Below are positions 49,519 to 62,736 of a stretch of 64,000 bases of DNA, piece by piece. Position 1 is the first letter of the stretch; every line of letters begins with the position of its first letter. The notes under the pieces were generated by a model. That model saw nothing but the letters and a program-made list of their open reading frames with translations. It was not told the DNA's origin and made no database searches. The DNA is from Convolutriloba macropyga (lineage: Eukaryota): positions 24,676,001 to 24,740,000 of the forward strand of contig NC_134475.1 of NCBI RefSeq assembly GCF_964194025.1. Reading direction: 5' to 3'. Made by a program: the position numbers and the translations under genes.

Positions 49519-49936
49519 TAGTTTTGATTGAAAAAAGTCGTTTCAGTCGCGCTATTAATTGATTTCAACTGAGAGCTTTGCGTAATTTTACGTGTGATAA
49601 AAACTTTACGTTGGAGACTGAAAAAGCAGGGATAATCTATTCAGATGAGAGCACAACTATAATGGAATGCGTCAAAATCCAAAAAAATAATATTTTTTAC
49701 GGTTTGCTATTAGAACAAATGAGTTTTTCAAATTCACCTGAACATCTTTACCTGACAGAATCGTGCTGTTCTGAAAACTTTGCTTTCATTGGGGCTCATC
49801 CTCTAAAAAAACACTAAAAAAGTTCGTAAATCTGAAAATTAAAAAAAAATAGACTTTGACCTTGAGAGCTTGTCCAGATTCCTTCAAATTTATTTCAACT
49901 GAAATTTGCTGATGCATAGTTTCACAGTCTGGTGAA

Positions 49937-52712
49937 TTACTGTTCCCACCCCTCTTGAGGGGGGAGGAACTATATACTCAATTGGAGTATTTTTGTTCAG
50001 TCAATTTTCGCCGATCGATATATTCATCGTAGAGAGTTGAGACTGGTATCATTAGAAAGCTTTTCCACCGTAGAACATGGAATTAAAAAGATTTTTTTGA
50101 TTTTCGGTTTTTACAGGGAGTTATCGAGGTTTAAACTTTTAGGAAAAAAATTGAGTCAATTCCGTTGATTTTATCAACATTCTCCGGAATCTTTGACTAA
50201 AATTTCGCCTATTTTGCTGAAATTTGTTGAAATTTTTAAGAATAGTTTTGTTGATTTTATTTTTGAAGACAAAAAAGTTTTTTTGATTATTTTCAATTAA
50301 TTTTTTTTCCACAAAAGTTTGGGCTAAATATTTCAAAATACATCCTTTTTCATCAAAAGTAGCACGAAATAACCTTCTTTAGTCCAATTTGATTAAATTT
50401 GTCTGAAGCACACCCCCAAGCAACACTAATACAATCTTTGTAGACTCATCTTTGTATTCCTACTTCATCCTCTGTTGAGAGTGCTCTGTAGTTGAAAGTT
50501 TGCCGTTTTTCTTTAATTTACTCGTTGATTATCAAAAACGCAGAATTTATTATTGAGTTTTTAAACAACAAATTATCTATATCTATAACATTCGAAAAAT
50601 TAAGTTTTTCAAGAGGGCGAAAAACGTTAGTAGGGCTAGTTTTGGACCAATCTTGGATGGTTACAATCCAAAAAGAATTCGTATTGAAATCAGCCGGTCT
50701 TTAAAAAAATGATCTTTTTATATTAATTAAAGAACATAACATATCAAATCAAAGCTTAGTAGCGATAGGTCTAATTGACTCCCCAAGCAGTTCCAAGCTA
50801 TAGCATTTAGTTTTTTACTTGAAAGCTTATGGTCGTTTTGACTTTTAAAAGTAATTGATTTTTAAATAAATATTGGCTCAATGAATTTTTCCTCTATTTT
50901 TCTTAATTTGGTCAACTTGTAGCTTAGTGTCATCAACACTGCTTCTTCTTTCTACTGATTTAAAATTTAATCTCTATGGCACTTTTAAGCCATAAGTTTT
51001 GTTTTTCTGGCTCTGATAGCATTAGATTTCAGATTTTTTTTATTTTTAGATATTTTCCAGTTTTTCACGTTTTCCAGTTTTGTCGCCTTATCCTATTATT
51101 GACACTTCTCATATCACATTATTGGCGTTCAAAAATAAGACACAAGTGAACATATTAAAATTCTGAAAGAATTAGATTATCTTTTTACCGGCTTCGACAC
51201 TCCTTTCTCGAAGAATATAATCAGCTTTTTTAAAATTTGTCTTTGATTGACGTTCTTGCTTTATCTTTTTAGTCGTATGAAATTTCCAGAATAACGAAAG
51301 ATCTCATTGACTTTTCATGGAAGAATATATGAAAGGATTTTTTGATATTAATAGATAGCTGATAGCTTTCATGACATTGAAAACATTTGTTTTCCAAATT
51401 AAAAAAAAACTTTTTTAATTCGCAATTGTCTTTTTTGTGTTTTTGCTACCTAGTCTCGTTAATTGCAGATCGAATATGAAATTATGGGGTCAAAAAAGTT
51501 GTCAAAAGTTATTGGTGTCTGAAAATCTAATATAATTAAAGAATTCGTTGTGACCTTTGTGGCTTCGACTTCGGTTTTTCACAATAAATTGATTTGTCAT
51601 CTCTGACGTTTTTTGTTGACGCAAGACATATTCTGGATACATGCAGTTCTCAAGGCTTCAATTAGACGAATAAACCAACCTGTTCAAATATTTCAAGTTG
51701 TCAAAAGTTATTGGTGTCTGAAAATCTAATATAATTAAAGAATTCGTTGTGACCTTTGTGGCTTCGACTTCGGTTTTTCACAATAAATTGATTTGTCATC
51801 TCTGACGTTTTTTGTTGACGCAAGACATATTCTGGATACATGCAGTTCTCAAGGCTTCAATTAGACGAATAAACCAACCTGTTCAAATATTTCATTTTGT
51901 AATTAACGGCTTTCAGGACTTTGGAAAAAATTTTGTTTCCAAAAAAAATCAAAAGTATTACTTAATTTTGCCCTTTTTTTCTTTTTTTTGTCTACTTGTT
52001 ACCTAGTCTCAGTAATGAAAAGATGAAAGGCCACATACTACATTATTGACGTTTGAAGAGTGCGCAATCGAACGTATTTTGAGAGCCAAAAAATGGCTTT
52101 ACGTCTTCGAACAGCGTTTTCTGGCAAGTTTTAATTGAATTTTTCTCTGTTGTCTTTTTGTTGGTCTTTTTAGCCGCACAAAAAAATTGAACCCGCACAG
52201 GTCTTAATGCCCTTCAAAAGAAGCACTGGTAATCGTAATTATTTGGGATATTTTACTTGATTTCTAATGGTTTTCATTTTTTTGAAGTTAATTGTTTTAA
52301 AGAAACAAGCGAATTTTTTAACTTTACTGTTTTTGTTCTTTTTTGTCCAGTTGTTCAGGTTTTTTCTTTAAAACGGACATAAAGTTTTTGATGTAATTAA
52401 TTTTTGTTATTGTTGTTTGATTTTGCTGTTCGCCTTAGATCGCTTTCTTATTATTGGCATATCATTGGCTCCTAAATATAGTGCATCATTTTTTACTCCC
52501 CTGAGTTATTTGCTTTGTGAGCTATTTTTTCGTTCATACACTATTTGTTAAAAAATATTTGGGTTTTTTTGCTTTTTTTGGTTTTCTGGGATACCCAAAA
52601 AAATGTTTGCGTTTTTCAATATGTTCCTCAATTGGTAGACAATTATGCCAAAATTGTGGATGAGCGGGGTCGGAACGTTATGTGCGATCGCACATTACCG
52701 AGCCTCCTTGTT
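49937..52712 (+). mobile_element. HINE family 1, copy 3 (more diverged; internal 199-bp exact duplication at 51496-51893)
   Basis: Same termini: TGTTCCCACCCCTCTTGAGGGG ... GGGTCGGAAC, ATGTGCGATCGCACAT, CCTTGTT. Confidence 0.75.
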
Positions 52713-53112
52713 TCATAAGAACCAAATTATCAAGAAGGTTTGCTTGGGCCTGCAAGCGGCAGTGCAAGCTCCCATCTTCGTAATTCACAGCATAGACAGC
52801 GTCATACCACTGCATTCGTTAGCCTATTGCAGAAGAATATGAATTTGTTTAATCTTTTTTAAGTTGAAGAAAAACAACTGACTTCATGACTGCACATGTT
52901 TCGAAAAAATAAAATGATGTTAATTCTCTCAAGTATCGAAATTCCATTACTGCAATATAACAACAGTCCCAGAAACGTTTCTACATTGTCTTAGATGGTT
53001 TTAACTGCACGTTTTCGTTTTATCCTATCGTTGCATTTAACATTCGACAGACACCATGAACGGGAACACATCTCACCACAATTGCATAAAAGAATGTCTG
53101 ATTAATGAAACA

Positions 53113-56100
53113 AACAAGGATGCTCGTTAATGTGCAATCGCACATTTTGTTCCGACCCGAGCTCATCTACATTTTTGACACAATTGTCAACCTAATGATG
53201 AGATAATTAAAAATAGATGTTTCAGTTTAAAAAATCGTTACAAAGCCGAACTACTAATTGAATTGGATAATACCATGCCTCAATACAGCGCTCACAAGGT
53301 CTGCCATTAGAAAGACTGCGAGAAAAAAACAAACAGCAAAATAAGCCAAAACATAAATTTTTCAGCGAATGTGCTAGAAGAAGAGGAAACGAAACACAAA
53401 TATTGACCACTCACAAAACTTTCATGAAAACCCATATTGTTCAACAAACAAAACATCAGTTACGACAAAATATCAATGGAAAAATAGTTTTTGAAATACA
53501 AGGAATTGGATGGAACCTCTCAAAGATGAGAATAAATTACAAGTTTACGAAAAGAACAAAAACTGAAAAGTATAAAAAAATCTTTGACAAAGAAAAAATC
53601 TTAAACTTTAATACTTTGGCTATAAATAGAGTGCATTGAGCACCCTCATTCATTCAATCCTCATTTAGAAGCTCTTGAGACCACTCACCATTTTGCGACT
53701 ACATGAAGAATTTAAAACAAAAAGGCAAAAACAGCAAATTCAAAAATAAATTGAGCGAGAAAAGTGTCGAAGCCAATAAATAAAGAAATTTTTGATAAAA
53801 TTTTCTCTAATCTTATATAATTTTTAAAGAGCAATGGAGTTCTTCTTTTTTAACAATAATACTTCAGAAAGTCAACAAGTGTGAACAAATATAATTAAAC
53901 TACGAAATTTTTTAGGAAACACGTTATAACAACGCCGTTAAATTCAATAGTTTTCAAAGGACGACAAAAAGTACGCCTCAAAGTTATGCCTAAATGAGAA
54001 GGCAGGGATGATTGTCAACCATAAGTTATCAACAGCACATCACAATAAGTACTATGATTATGAAAACAACGACAAATACATGAAAAAACCAAAAAAATCA
54101 GTAGAAAGTTTCGAGAAGAAAGTATCGAAGCAGTTTAAACCATAAGCGTTTCTCTGAAAACTCTATTTTTGAACCATTGAACGCCTTCTATAAGCCAACT
54201 GGAACTATTAATATTAGGATAATGAGATAAGATTATTCTAAAGGAACCAAAATTACGAAAAAAAATATCCAAAATTTTTTTTTTAAATATTAAGATCTCG
54301 TGGCACCGAAGTCATAAAACCAATAGTTTGCAGATAAACCCACTTAACAGAATAATTGTGGTTACAGTGAAAAGGAAGAGGGTCCTGTTATTACTGAGAC
54401 TGGCTCACAGCTCATGAAAATAAGTTTAGTGTCCAAAAAAACTCGCGACTAAATCATAACAGCGACTAAACTCAATAGCTCTCAACAGAAGTCAATAAAT
54501 AAGAAGAATTATGCCTCCAAAAGGAGATGAAAATGTTAATCATCATAAAGTTATCAAAAAACATCTCAATACGTCTTATGATTATGAAAACAACAACAAA
54601 GAGAGGTAAAAACCAAAAATTTTATTAGAAAAGTTCAAGATGGTGTCGAAGCCATTTAAATCATAAACTTTTCTCTGAAAACTTTATATATGATCCAATG
54701 AAGACTTTTTCTATTTCTCTAAGCCACTGAGAACTATTAAAATTAGGATAATGTGATAAAGTTTCAAAGGGAAACAAAATTTCAAAAAATCCAAAAATTA
54801 AAAAAAATTATATGAAAGCTCGTGGCATCAAAGTCATAAAACAAAAAATTAGATTAACAAACGGCTAGCCAGATTCTTATTAGTTGCAGTAAAAAAAGGA
54901 GAATGACTTACAGTTCACGAAAACGAGTTTAAGACTGGCTAATGTCCGAAAAACCTCTAAAAATTTATTTTTAAAGTTTTAACAGCCATTAAATTCAAGA
55001 TCTTTCAACGGAAGTCAAAAAATACAATACGTGATGCCTTGATGGGAAAAACAAGATGTTTTTCATCAATAAGTCATTAATAAGACATCACAATAAGTCC
55101 TATGATTATCAAAACAACGACAAATACACGCAAAAACAAAAAAATCAGTAGAAAAATGCGCGAAGAAAGAGTCGAAGCCATTTAAACCATAAGCGCTACT
55201 CTGAAATCTTTTTATAAAATTATGAAAACTGGTGGCATGGAAGTCATGAAACCAATAGTTAGAAGATTAGACCGCTCTTCAAATAATTTTGGTTGCAGTA
55301 AAAGAGGGGTCCTGTTTTTAATGAGAGTGATTTCATGTTCATCAAAATAAGTTTAATATCGGTTAACGTTCAAAAAGATTTCCAAAAAAGTATTTTTTAA
55401 AGTCTTGACAGCCATTAGCTGTCCTCTCAAAGCTCTATATAGGTTTACCTCATGCACATTGGAAAGCTGATTGCACTTTATTGAGAAATTTTATGCCATA
55501 GGACTCACAAAATTTAGTAAAAACTCAAAATGAAACTCAAAATTTCATTAAGTATTTCGAAAACTCATGAGTCGAAGAGAGAAAAGAACATGAGGGATTC
55601 CTTGAAAACAAATTTTTTGTTCATTGAGTGTCATTAGGCTGTAAACAAGGTTAGTCATTAATGGAACCTTGATATGATTTTAACTAGTATCTAAGTGACT
55701 AAAAAACTAAAATAAATAAAAAAGTTTCCTAAAAAAACAGCTCTCAAAATGAATTCGAGTTTTTTTATATTAAACTTCCTCACTAGACCAGAGCCAGCGC
55801 TTTTATCGATCTATTGGCAACACAAATTTTTTTCATTTTTTAGCGTGAAGTGTAATTTTGAAATAACATTTTTATAGAAATGCCTTAATTTGAACAAAAA
55901 TTGATAAAAGTGAACAAAATCATGTAATTTTCACTTGTTCACACAACACTTTAAGACTCGACAACTTCTCGAAAAATACAAAATTCAAAAAAAATGAAAT
56001 TTGAAATCTACGCTGGACGAGCTTTTTAATGATACCTCTCATATTTCTCTACGATGAAATTGTCAAAATTTCGGCCAAAATTGTCTGGACAAAAAAACAT

Positions 56101-56173
56101 TTGAGTATATTGTCTGAACAAAAAAAATATTTGAGTATATAGTTCCTCGCCTCACAAAGGGGTCGGAACAAAT
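53113..56173 (-). mobile_element. HINE family 1 related subfamily, copy 4, with ~524-bp internal tandem units
   Basis: Ends ATGTGCAATCGCACAT plus GTTCCGACCC (53130-53158) and GGGTCGGAACAA (56160-56171); ATGATTAT[G/C]AAAACAAC at 54054, 54578 and 55102. Confidence 0.68.
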
Positions 56174-58780
56174 AGAAACAGCACTTCATCAAGCGGAGTG
56201 CATTATCATTTTAACAAACTGAAACAATTAAAGACCCAAAGACTAATAATGAAACCAATAATCAGTCATCACAATAAAAAACCAAAGAGAACAGGAAAAA
56301 ATGAGAGTTTCAATTGATTACTTAACAGAGGTTCACTCCAAACAAATATAACAAAATTAGCTCCGAAGTTTTTTGAAACTCAAGAAAAATTAGATTGAAC
56401 AAGAACTTATTTCATATTCCCCAAAATACTTGATGATTTTCAAAAGCAAAATTTTTTTATCAAGAAAACAAAATTGGCAATACACCTATGAAAAGTTTTG
56501 ACAAAAAATTTGAGTTTCAAATAAAATTATCAAGAACCAACCAAAAATTTATTAACCAATGAAAAAAATCAAAACAAAATTTAATGACATTAAATTGAAT
56601 GTGGTCTTCTTTTTCCAAAATTATTTCCCAAATTATTTTGCTAGACCACTAAACAACAAAAATTTAGGAACGTTTCACCAAAAGTCGAGTTACTACTGAC
56701 TAAGAGAAGAAACGTATATACAAATTCCAGACCTTTCCATATAAACAGTTTGAATTTAAACAAGAAAAAATCTCTAAAGCACGCATAGACCAAGATAGCT
56801 AAATCTTACGATACGCTTAAAGAGGCGAATAATTTTATTAAAATACTTTTGATAAAATTGTTTTTAAAATCACTTACAATAATTGCAAAATATCACAACA
56901 ATCATTACAAATCATTTCAAAATCTATAACAGTTACAAAAGAACTACAACTGAGGCTAAATGAAAAACTGAAAATAACTTTTTTTTAATCAGTTAACCGC
57001 AACAAACGTAGAACTACATAGTTGTGTATTTTGTTGTTAATAAATTCGACTTCATTTCTTTTTCAAATCCCGACTTATTGAGATCAAAAGAGTCAACTGA
57101 TTACATTAATTATGAATGCAAAAGTAGGATTCTTTCATTATTGATTAACAGTACGAAAAAATTATGGTTGACGGTAAACATACATCTTTTTTTCCGAATT
57201 CTTTGCCGCCAACGCTAATATTTCAAATAAGAGTTAACTCATCTATTAATAAAACTGACAATTACAATTAAACCTCAGACAAATATTAGTCAAGAGGACA
57301 AGAGGGAAAAACACTTTCAAACAAAACATTTTTCAATTGAACATAGCGCCGTAAGTTCTCCGGGGTCAAATTGGCATCATTCATTCCAATTCAAAACAGT
57401 GGGCAGATCTTTTTTAGCAATAAACCTGAAAACATCATTCAAACATTCAGAAGCAAAAACAAAAAGTAACAAAAAAGGAAATCCATCTTCCAAGAAACGT
57501 CAGAAAAATGCAAGATTGAGTTTCATGATAAGTGCCAACGAAGTGGAGACAATTATGGGTTCTGTGATAGTTCCATTGATTTATTTGGACATTTACGGAC
57601 ATTAATTGGCACAAGAGTCTAACAATCAATTGGTAAAGGCAACATTATTATAATATTAAAGCAGAAATGTATCTTAGTATGAAAATACGAGCATAATAGA
57701 TTTAAAAAATCTTTGCAAAATTCAGTCTTTAATTGCTACTTAGGATGCAGCCATTTCAAAGTTTCAAATTTATAAACATTACTAAACTAAGGAAGACAGG
57801 CAACCTAGTATCAAAACATTATTTTCTTATCAAAAGGGCAAATTAAACTGCATTGGAAGACAAATTGGAAATCATGTTCTTTTTTAAATTATTGAAAATG
57901 TTGAAGCAATTTTTTTTTGAAAAAAAATCTACTCTGAACTAGTCTAACACCAAATGTACGTTTTTCTGCAATGCAACCATTGTTCAATTTAAGTTTTCTG
58001 CAGAAGCCTCTCACGCCAAGGTTAAATTCAATAAAGATATTGTTTCTGCTCATTCCAAAATACAGTATCAAAATAAACACTTTTCAATCATACAATAAAA
58101 CGAGCGCCTCTTGGGCAAGTTTTTTAAAAGGTATTTCGATAAATTATCACATCAATTGTTGTTTATAAGACAAAGTCATTTTTTGAGTAATTTAAAGAAT
58201 AAGGGGTGACAAATATGGAGTCACTTGAAGCTCAAGGCAGTCAAATTTACCCACTTAGTTTGATTATGAGAAATGAAACAAACGAATGTGGAAAAGAATT
58301 ATTTAATGACTACAAGCCTTTTTCACCACAAAAAAACTTTATCACTTGTATGAAAAGCCAATGCCATATCAATTTGAACTCCATAATTTTTAATTTTCTG
58401 GCAAATTTTGAGATGAATATAAAAGAATACTGTTGACGTTATCGAAATTCTTGACTGTGAAGCCGAATTAGATATAAACGTTTCTATTATTTTTATTGTA
58501 TATATTTTTTCGTTAATTAAAGTCTTTGAATGGGCCAAGATATTTGAAAATGACGAATGTTTCACAATTTTAGGTAGCATGGATGATGGCTCTAAGTTTC
58601 AGTAAGTGCCAGAAGGTTGAGAGAGGACAACCTAAAAAACTTGAGCATAAGATAAGCTCGGCCTAGATTGACAAGAATTTCTACTTGTTCAATGTATACT
58701 TGGCTAGAGAAAGGAAGCCTTGAGGAGCGAGCAAAAAAATGAGAATGGGTAATAAGAGATGCCAAAGTTCAAGAGCTCAA

Positions 58781-58852
58781 GATTAAATGGTGTAATGTTG
58801 GCACATAAGGCTTGCAATTGAGAGATGCTGGTTCAAATTCAGTACTGGTCCA
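58781..58852 (+). other. Degenerate tRNA-derived sequence (SINE head or tRNA pseudogene)
   Basis: A-box-like TGGTGTAATG, loop CTTGCAA, B-box GGTTCAAATTC; stems poorly paired. Confidence 0.4.
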
Positions 58853-58924
58853 TTTTCATAGTAGATTTCCCTATCATTTACCTATCAGTGAGATAGTGCA
58901 AGGTGAGTAAGTTAATGTTTTATA

Positions 58925-59900
58925 CACTATGGTACCAAAAAGCTACGCACATCGTTTTCTATTTTAAACAATGATTTGTGCTTGGTGCTAAAAAGGTGTG
59001 CTAAGGCGTGAAAAAAAGTTTGAAGTTTTTGAGTTTTTAAAAGTTGTTACGCAACAAGTTATCGGGTTTTCATGGACAAAAATACAAAAACAAATCAATT
59101 TGAAACCAAGATAGAGTGCGCAGCATGCACACTCAGGTTATCTGAAAAAAGTTTTGCGGCAAAAAAAATCGAGCGGCACACCCAAAATTGCCAAAAATAC
59201 AAAAAAAGAGTTTAGGATGTTTTATGAGATCCCAAAACCCCTCTGGAGTGTATCAGTGTTACTCATAACATTTTCTCTTGCTACGATACATTTTCCAGCG
59301 GTACAGATACACGAATTCAAATTTTTCAAGAAATTCTGCAAAATAGTTAGTTTGAAAAAATCTAGCGCTTTCGTTCAAAATGGTTTATCAATGTGCTCAA
59401 GCAGCTGTTCTCTTCCTGTAAAAATATTATTTTTACTGATGAAACGAGGGTGCGCATCTCAAGCGATGGAATTGTTTGAGTTCTTTGAAGAAATTGAAAA
59501 AAAACAAAAAAATCAGAGTTCCGACAAACTATCGCTTATTTTGGGGAACAATACGATTAGACGGATGAAAAATGCTTGTTAAGTGTTCACACAAGGTAAA
59601 CGGTACCTGTTATTTACAAGTTCTGAAAAATACGGAGAAAAATGCATTTTTAGGACATTATTTTCAACAAGATAATGCTCCTGTGCATAAATCGAAGATA
59701 ATCGACAACAAATGGTCCAGATCTAAATGCAATAGAAACTTTATGGCCAATTTCGAGGCAGCGATGACGAGAACAGAGTTTTTAGGAAAATTTAGAAAAA
59801 TTGTTAAATGTGGAACCAAATTGACCCAGATGTCCTTAGAAAACTGCATGAAAATTATACAAACCGTCTGATAGACGTTGAAATGCTATAGGTAGATATA
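58925..59900 (+). pseudogene. Tc1/mariner transposon remnant (degraded DD34E transposase)
   Basis: TA|CACTATGGTACCAAAA left end; FQQDNAPVHKSK and, frameshifted, PDLNAIETLW; many indels. Confidence 0.75.
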
Positions 59901-60935
59901 AAGTCCTTAACAATCGATTCAGGTTTTCGAAACCTTTTCAATATTACTAATCTTGAACGATTTGCAAATTTACTTGGTTAAGTTACATGGTTATTCTTGA
60001 TAATTGAATAAGTTTATGGAATTGCTCAGGAGCAGTTCAGCTCTCGAAAGTATTCAATTGATTAAGACACCAGACAAGTGTTGCAGCAATGGATCCGCAT
60101 AATCAGGTCTCCAATTGGAGCCAACGAAACCACACAATCGGGTTTTCAATTTATGCGTGGCACTGTGGCTACCCTCTGATTGAATGTCATTACACCTTTT
60201 CAATAGTGCCACTTCCGTTTCTCTGAGTAAAGATTTCGATTGGCCCAAATCGGATCAACAAAATACCCAGCTGGCATAAAATTACCTGCTATAATTTCAT
60301 AGAGGACAATAGAGAACAATAATTTAAGCCCTTCCAATATTACTATGTAAAACTAAAGATAGTGTGTCGGCACAAAGCATCGCCCCCAGGTTCAATTCAA
60401 CTGCAAAATATTATCGCAACATGCAGCTCCTTCCATTGGATATATATCTACTAGACTGTTTACGAAATTTATTTTTTATCACTATATCTCAAAGTGGCAC
60501 AGGAAATTACTTCAACACCAACTGCCCGGCGCGGCGACCAAAACAACGGATGTTGATGTAGAAGATAAGTAGCCAATTACCAACCACTACAAAGTTTTTA
60601 TACAATTCAGTCCATTCTATTCCAATTGGCGATGAATAAACAATATAGATCTTAAATTGAAGCAAAGCAACATTGCAGCTTAGTAGAATATTGAAATTTT
60701 GTTCTATTTAGTCTGCAAATTTTGAATCAACATAACTTCTAGTACATTTTAAATGTCATTGCAGTTGTCTGTCGCAAATTCTAAAATAGAGCTCAAAGTT
60801 TGTTTGAGTAGATAAAGTCATCACAGCATTGAACGCCCTTCTTATAAAGTTTGCTATTTTGAATTTCGATCTTTCTGTGACTTAAACAAAACTCAAGTGG
60901 GATAAAATTAAGCGAGATTTGATTGTCTTCTCAAA

Positions 60936-61719
60936 ATGTTGGCTCTGCTGATTATTGCAGCCAGTATTTGTGGGTGCTTTTGTACACCGCAAACTATCGG
61001 TGAAATATGGCCGAAGCCGCAGCAACAAACAAAAACAGACCAGGTGTTGTCAATTTCAACTTCATTTCAAATGATTTACGAGGGAAGTTATTGCGAAATA
61101 ATAGAGAAATCTATCCAGCGACACTACCCCTATATCATGGGTCTAAACCAGTACTCAGCTTCGCGAAAAGACGATTCCAACACTGTTAAAAGTTTACAAA
61201 TCGTCCTTGGATCGGGCTGTTCCGACGATTATCCCAGTTCCAAAATGGACGAATCCTATTACCTGTACGTAAACGCTGGAACCAGCACACTCAAAAGCCC
61301 CGAAGTCTGGGGTGCGTTGCGAGGCATCGAATCGTTCTCACAGCTTCTGTACACCGACTCAAATACCCTAACACGGGTCATGAACAAAACCTCCATCAGT
61401 GACTTCCCAAGATTCAGTTTCAGGGGTTTTCTAGTGGACACTTCGAGGCATTATTTGAGTTTGGATACAATCAAAATGCACATTGATGCAATGGAAATGA
61501 GCAAGTTTAATGTGTTCCACTGGCATATTGTGGATGATCAGAGCTTCCCTTTCCAAAGTCAAGTTTACCCGGATCTGTCGTTTAAAGGGTCTTACAATCC
61601 GTACACGCACATATACACGTATTCAGATGTGATTGAGGTTCTAGAGTACAGTCGATTGAGGGGAATTCGGGTGGTACCAGAGTTCGATACACCAGGACAC
61701 ACATTGTCGTGGGGTGCAG
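60936..61719 (+). CDS. Beta-hexosaminidase (GH20, HEXA/HEXB-like), first coding exon; gene continues beyond the window
   Basis: Signal peptide, [64 protein letters not shown]; donor GCAG|GTTAGT (phase 1). Confidence 0.93.
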
Positions 61720-62736
61720 GTTAGTCTGATATTTCTGAAGTGAATCAAAAAACGACTATTTTAACTATTAATATTGTTTTCAGAAAAATAGCGAACTATT
61801 TTTGGATCACAAAAAACAAGCATTTGCATTTGTTCTAATTATTAAGTTATTGTTTCTGATCCGATAGAACACACAAAAGGCATTGCTTTGCAACTGAACT
61901 TTATGTACTTTTCGTAAGATGTAATCTTAACAAATCTGAGTCAAAGCATCCGATTGTTCTCACTTTATCATTGATCGCAAACTGTTCATTACAAAAACCT
62001 GAATGTGTTCAACATACACTGATTTCAATACAAAATTTCAGAAACTTATATATGTGAAAGTAATACACTGATAGAATTGATTTTTTTATGAACAAGTCCT
62101 GACACGCATTAATTACGCTTCTTTCGAAAGTGAAAGATTTTTGAAATTTTTTTGCAATTGCTAAAGTTTGGAAAAAAAGCAGCAGCAGCAAAAAACTAAA
62201 GCACCATATTGAACGACTGGAGTAATAATGGTATTGAAGTGCTCAATTGAAAAGCTCAGTTTGTAGATATACATGTCTATATCCTATTGCTTCAACAGTT
62301 TTATCATCAGCAAACAGAAAAATTCTCCGTGGATCACCTATACAAAAAAATAGCAGCTGCCATAAGATCGATCTTTAATTTGCATTTCTGTCACTCCGAT
62401 GAAACTCAATTTACATGTACTATTTGTTATCTGTTTAAAGTACCATTTGAACCATTCCACGCATTTACTTCTTATCTCATATGGTTCTAATCTGAATAAA
62501 AGAGTATAGTAGATCAAAAACCTCTTCAGATCTAAAAGTGTTGCGTTATTCAATTTACTATCTAGTCTCATCTTTGCCGTCAGTTCAACCAATGCATCAA
62601 TAGTCCTTTGCTTAGGTCTGAAACTAATTGTTTTTCATAAACCAGATGTTGATTTTCGACAAAACTATATAACGTGTAGTAAATTGCACGTTCAAACTTT
62701 TTTCTCCAGACAGTAATTAATGATATAATACAATAT

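Noticed and set aside
60054-60300. Possible LINE reverse-transcriptase remnant on the minus strand
   Set aside because: Coding-like composition but no recognisable RT or endonuclease motif.
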